Below, one piece after another: positions 62,521 to 64,000 of a DNA stretch of 64,000 nucleotides. The translations under genes and the position numbers were made by a program. Every line of letters starts with the position of its first letter. The stretch's first letter is position 1. Source of the stretch: Laetmonice hystrix (Eukaryota). The stretch spans positions 37,262,001 to 37,326,000 of the forward strand of contig OZ249438.1 in NCBI GenBank assembly GCA_965235115.1, given 5' to 3'. The notes below the pieces were generated by a model. It saw only the letters and a program-made list of their open reading frames with translations. It searched no databases and had not been told where the DNA came from.

Positions 62521-64000
62521 TGGCGTTAATGTAAAACTCTAAATACCAGGGCCAACAGGAGTCAGGGAATATGTTACGGCTTGGCCAGCTGCTGAGAATG
62601 GAAACGTTGGCTCATACAGAAACGAAGAGGAATGAAGGCAATCGATACAGCTCTGAGAAAAAATGGGTTTTGTGCGGAGTATGGCTAGGAAGATTATGGG
62701 ATGTTCTTTAATTCAGTACCTTTAGATGATATTATAACATTAGGTTGACACTGGATCACACCCCTAATCTCTGCTGTATTACAGTAATTATATTGGTCAA
62801 TACGAGCTGACAGAGGTAATCTTATGGTACTTACTAAAACACGATCCTTGCACAGTCCACAACTGGGTTTGTCAGGAAGCACAGTACCTTTGGGGGTTGC
62901 ATCAATAATGGTATGTCTCTTCTGTCAGATTCAATTTCCAGCAGCTTAGACATATGTAATATCCATAGGGTATCAACAGCAGTGCCTAGCATGGCAGCAT
63001 CTGGAACGGAAGTAAAACAATGCGGTATACGTATGTCACAGGGGAGGCAGGTCGAGTTGGGGAGGGCGGGAGTCCGGCGGCGACCGCCACTGGCTGCCCG
63101 CCACCACCACCGGCCGGGACTTGGACTCCTATCCCGGGAGGCGAGCACTCCCTTTGATTAAGCCCTACCTAATTCCCCTCCCAAGCTACTCCCATTTCTT
63201 CGTTTTACATGCCGTTTGCTGGCTTGAGAACTGTTTCCCTACTCCTGATAACTCCTTAGTGAATTGTAACTCCCAGCTGTTTGGGAGCCCGTCAGTGAAT
63301 AGCATCTACCATCTCCTTAGTGATTAGGACCGCAGGATATGGCATTACTGACAGAGTTGGCTTCCTGAGGGCCTTTCAGCAGAGGAAGCCATCAAATTGA
63401 CTGCAAGGTTTTCTCAACTTGCTTCATCCCTGTTGAAACAAATTGTGCCTGGAATTTGCGTTCCACCTTCGCAATAATATAACGGTACATAGTGCTAACA
63501 CTTCCAGGTATGTTCAGGCATTTATATTTTACCTGGCATCTCAGGTAATGTGACTAGGCAAGCACTGATGAAAGTAAGAAGTGCACAAGGATAAAATGGA
63601 CTGGGTGTATGTATAGTACATTCTCCATCAGATACGGTAATCTATAAGAGTAGGTCTATGGAGCTCGAGCTCTATGTACCTGTAGAGCTATGCAAGTACT
63701 TGAAATCGTCGTTTCACCAGTAAACGGTACACAAGGGCATTCTGTTCAAACATAACAGTAACGGTAAGACGCAACAACGACTGGGTCCTAGAATCGCTTC
63801 AATATTGAGAAGCTGAGGCCTGGTTATGCCATGATACGTGCAAAGATTTAGTTTAAACCTAACAATGACTCGCATAATGGTATACCTTTAGTGCATGCTC
63901 CAAGAAACATTGGCCTTCATAGTAGTATATGGAAAGGGGCCGACGCGTCAGGATTGTTGGTATATGGAAATGGAGGTATGCATCAGGATTGTTGGTGAGT

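Overview
This is eukaryotic genomic DNA, not a prokaryotic window. It is probably from a mollusc or another lophotrochozoan, judged from its V-domain tRNA-SINE and transposon families. The only supported protein-coding sequence is two + strand exons of an alpha-neurexin: 1671-1829 (end of LNS2) and 9740-10526 (LNS3 plus EGF2), joined in frame across a 7,910-nt GT-AG intron. I found no further exon, so the remaining ~53 kb is most simply one very long intron. The non-coding DNA holds a scrambled Tc1 relic, two kb-scale fold-back (palindromic) DNA-transposon derivatives, several MITEs, tRNA-derived SINEs and more than 25 unrelated tandem-repeat arrays (roughly a quarter of the window by hand tally). 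There are also two N gaps. Almost all long ORFs in the supplied track are repeat artefacts. The most unusual object is a 2.7-kb Academ-like element built from two inverted copies of its own 5' end. I found no convincing new protein-coding system. All motif calls are by eye, and repeat boundaries are approximate.
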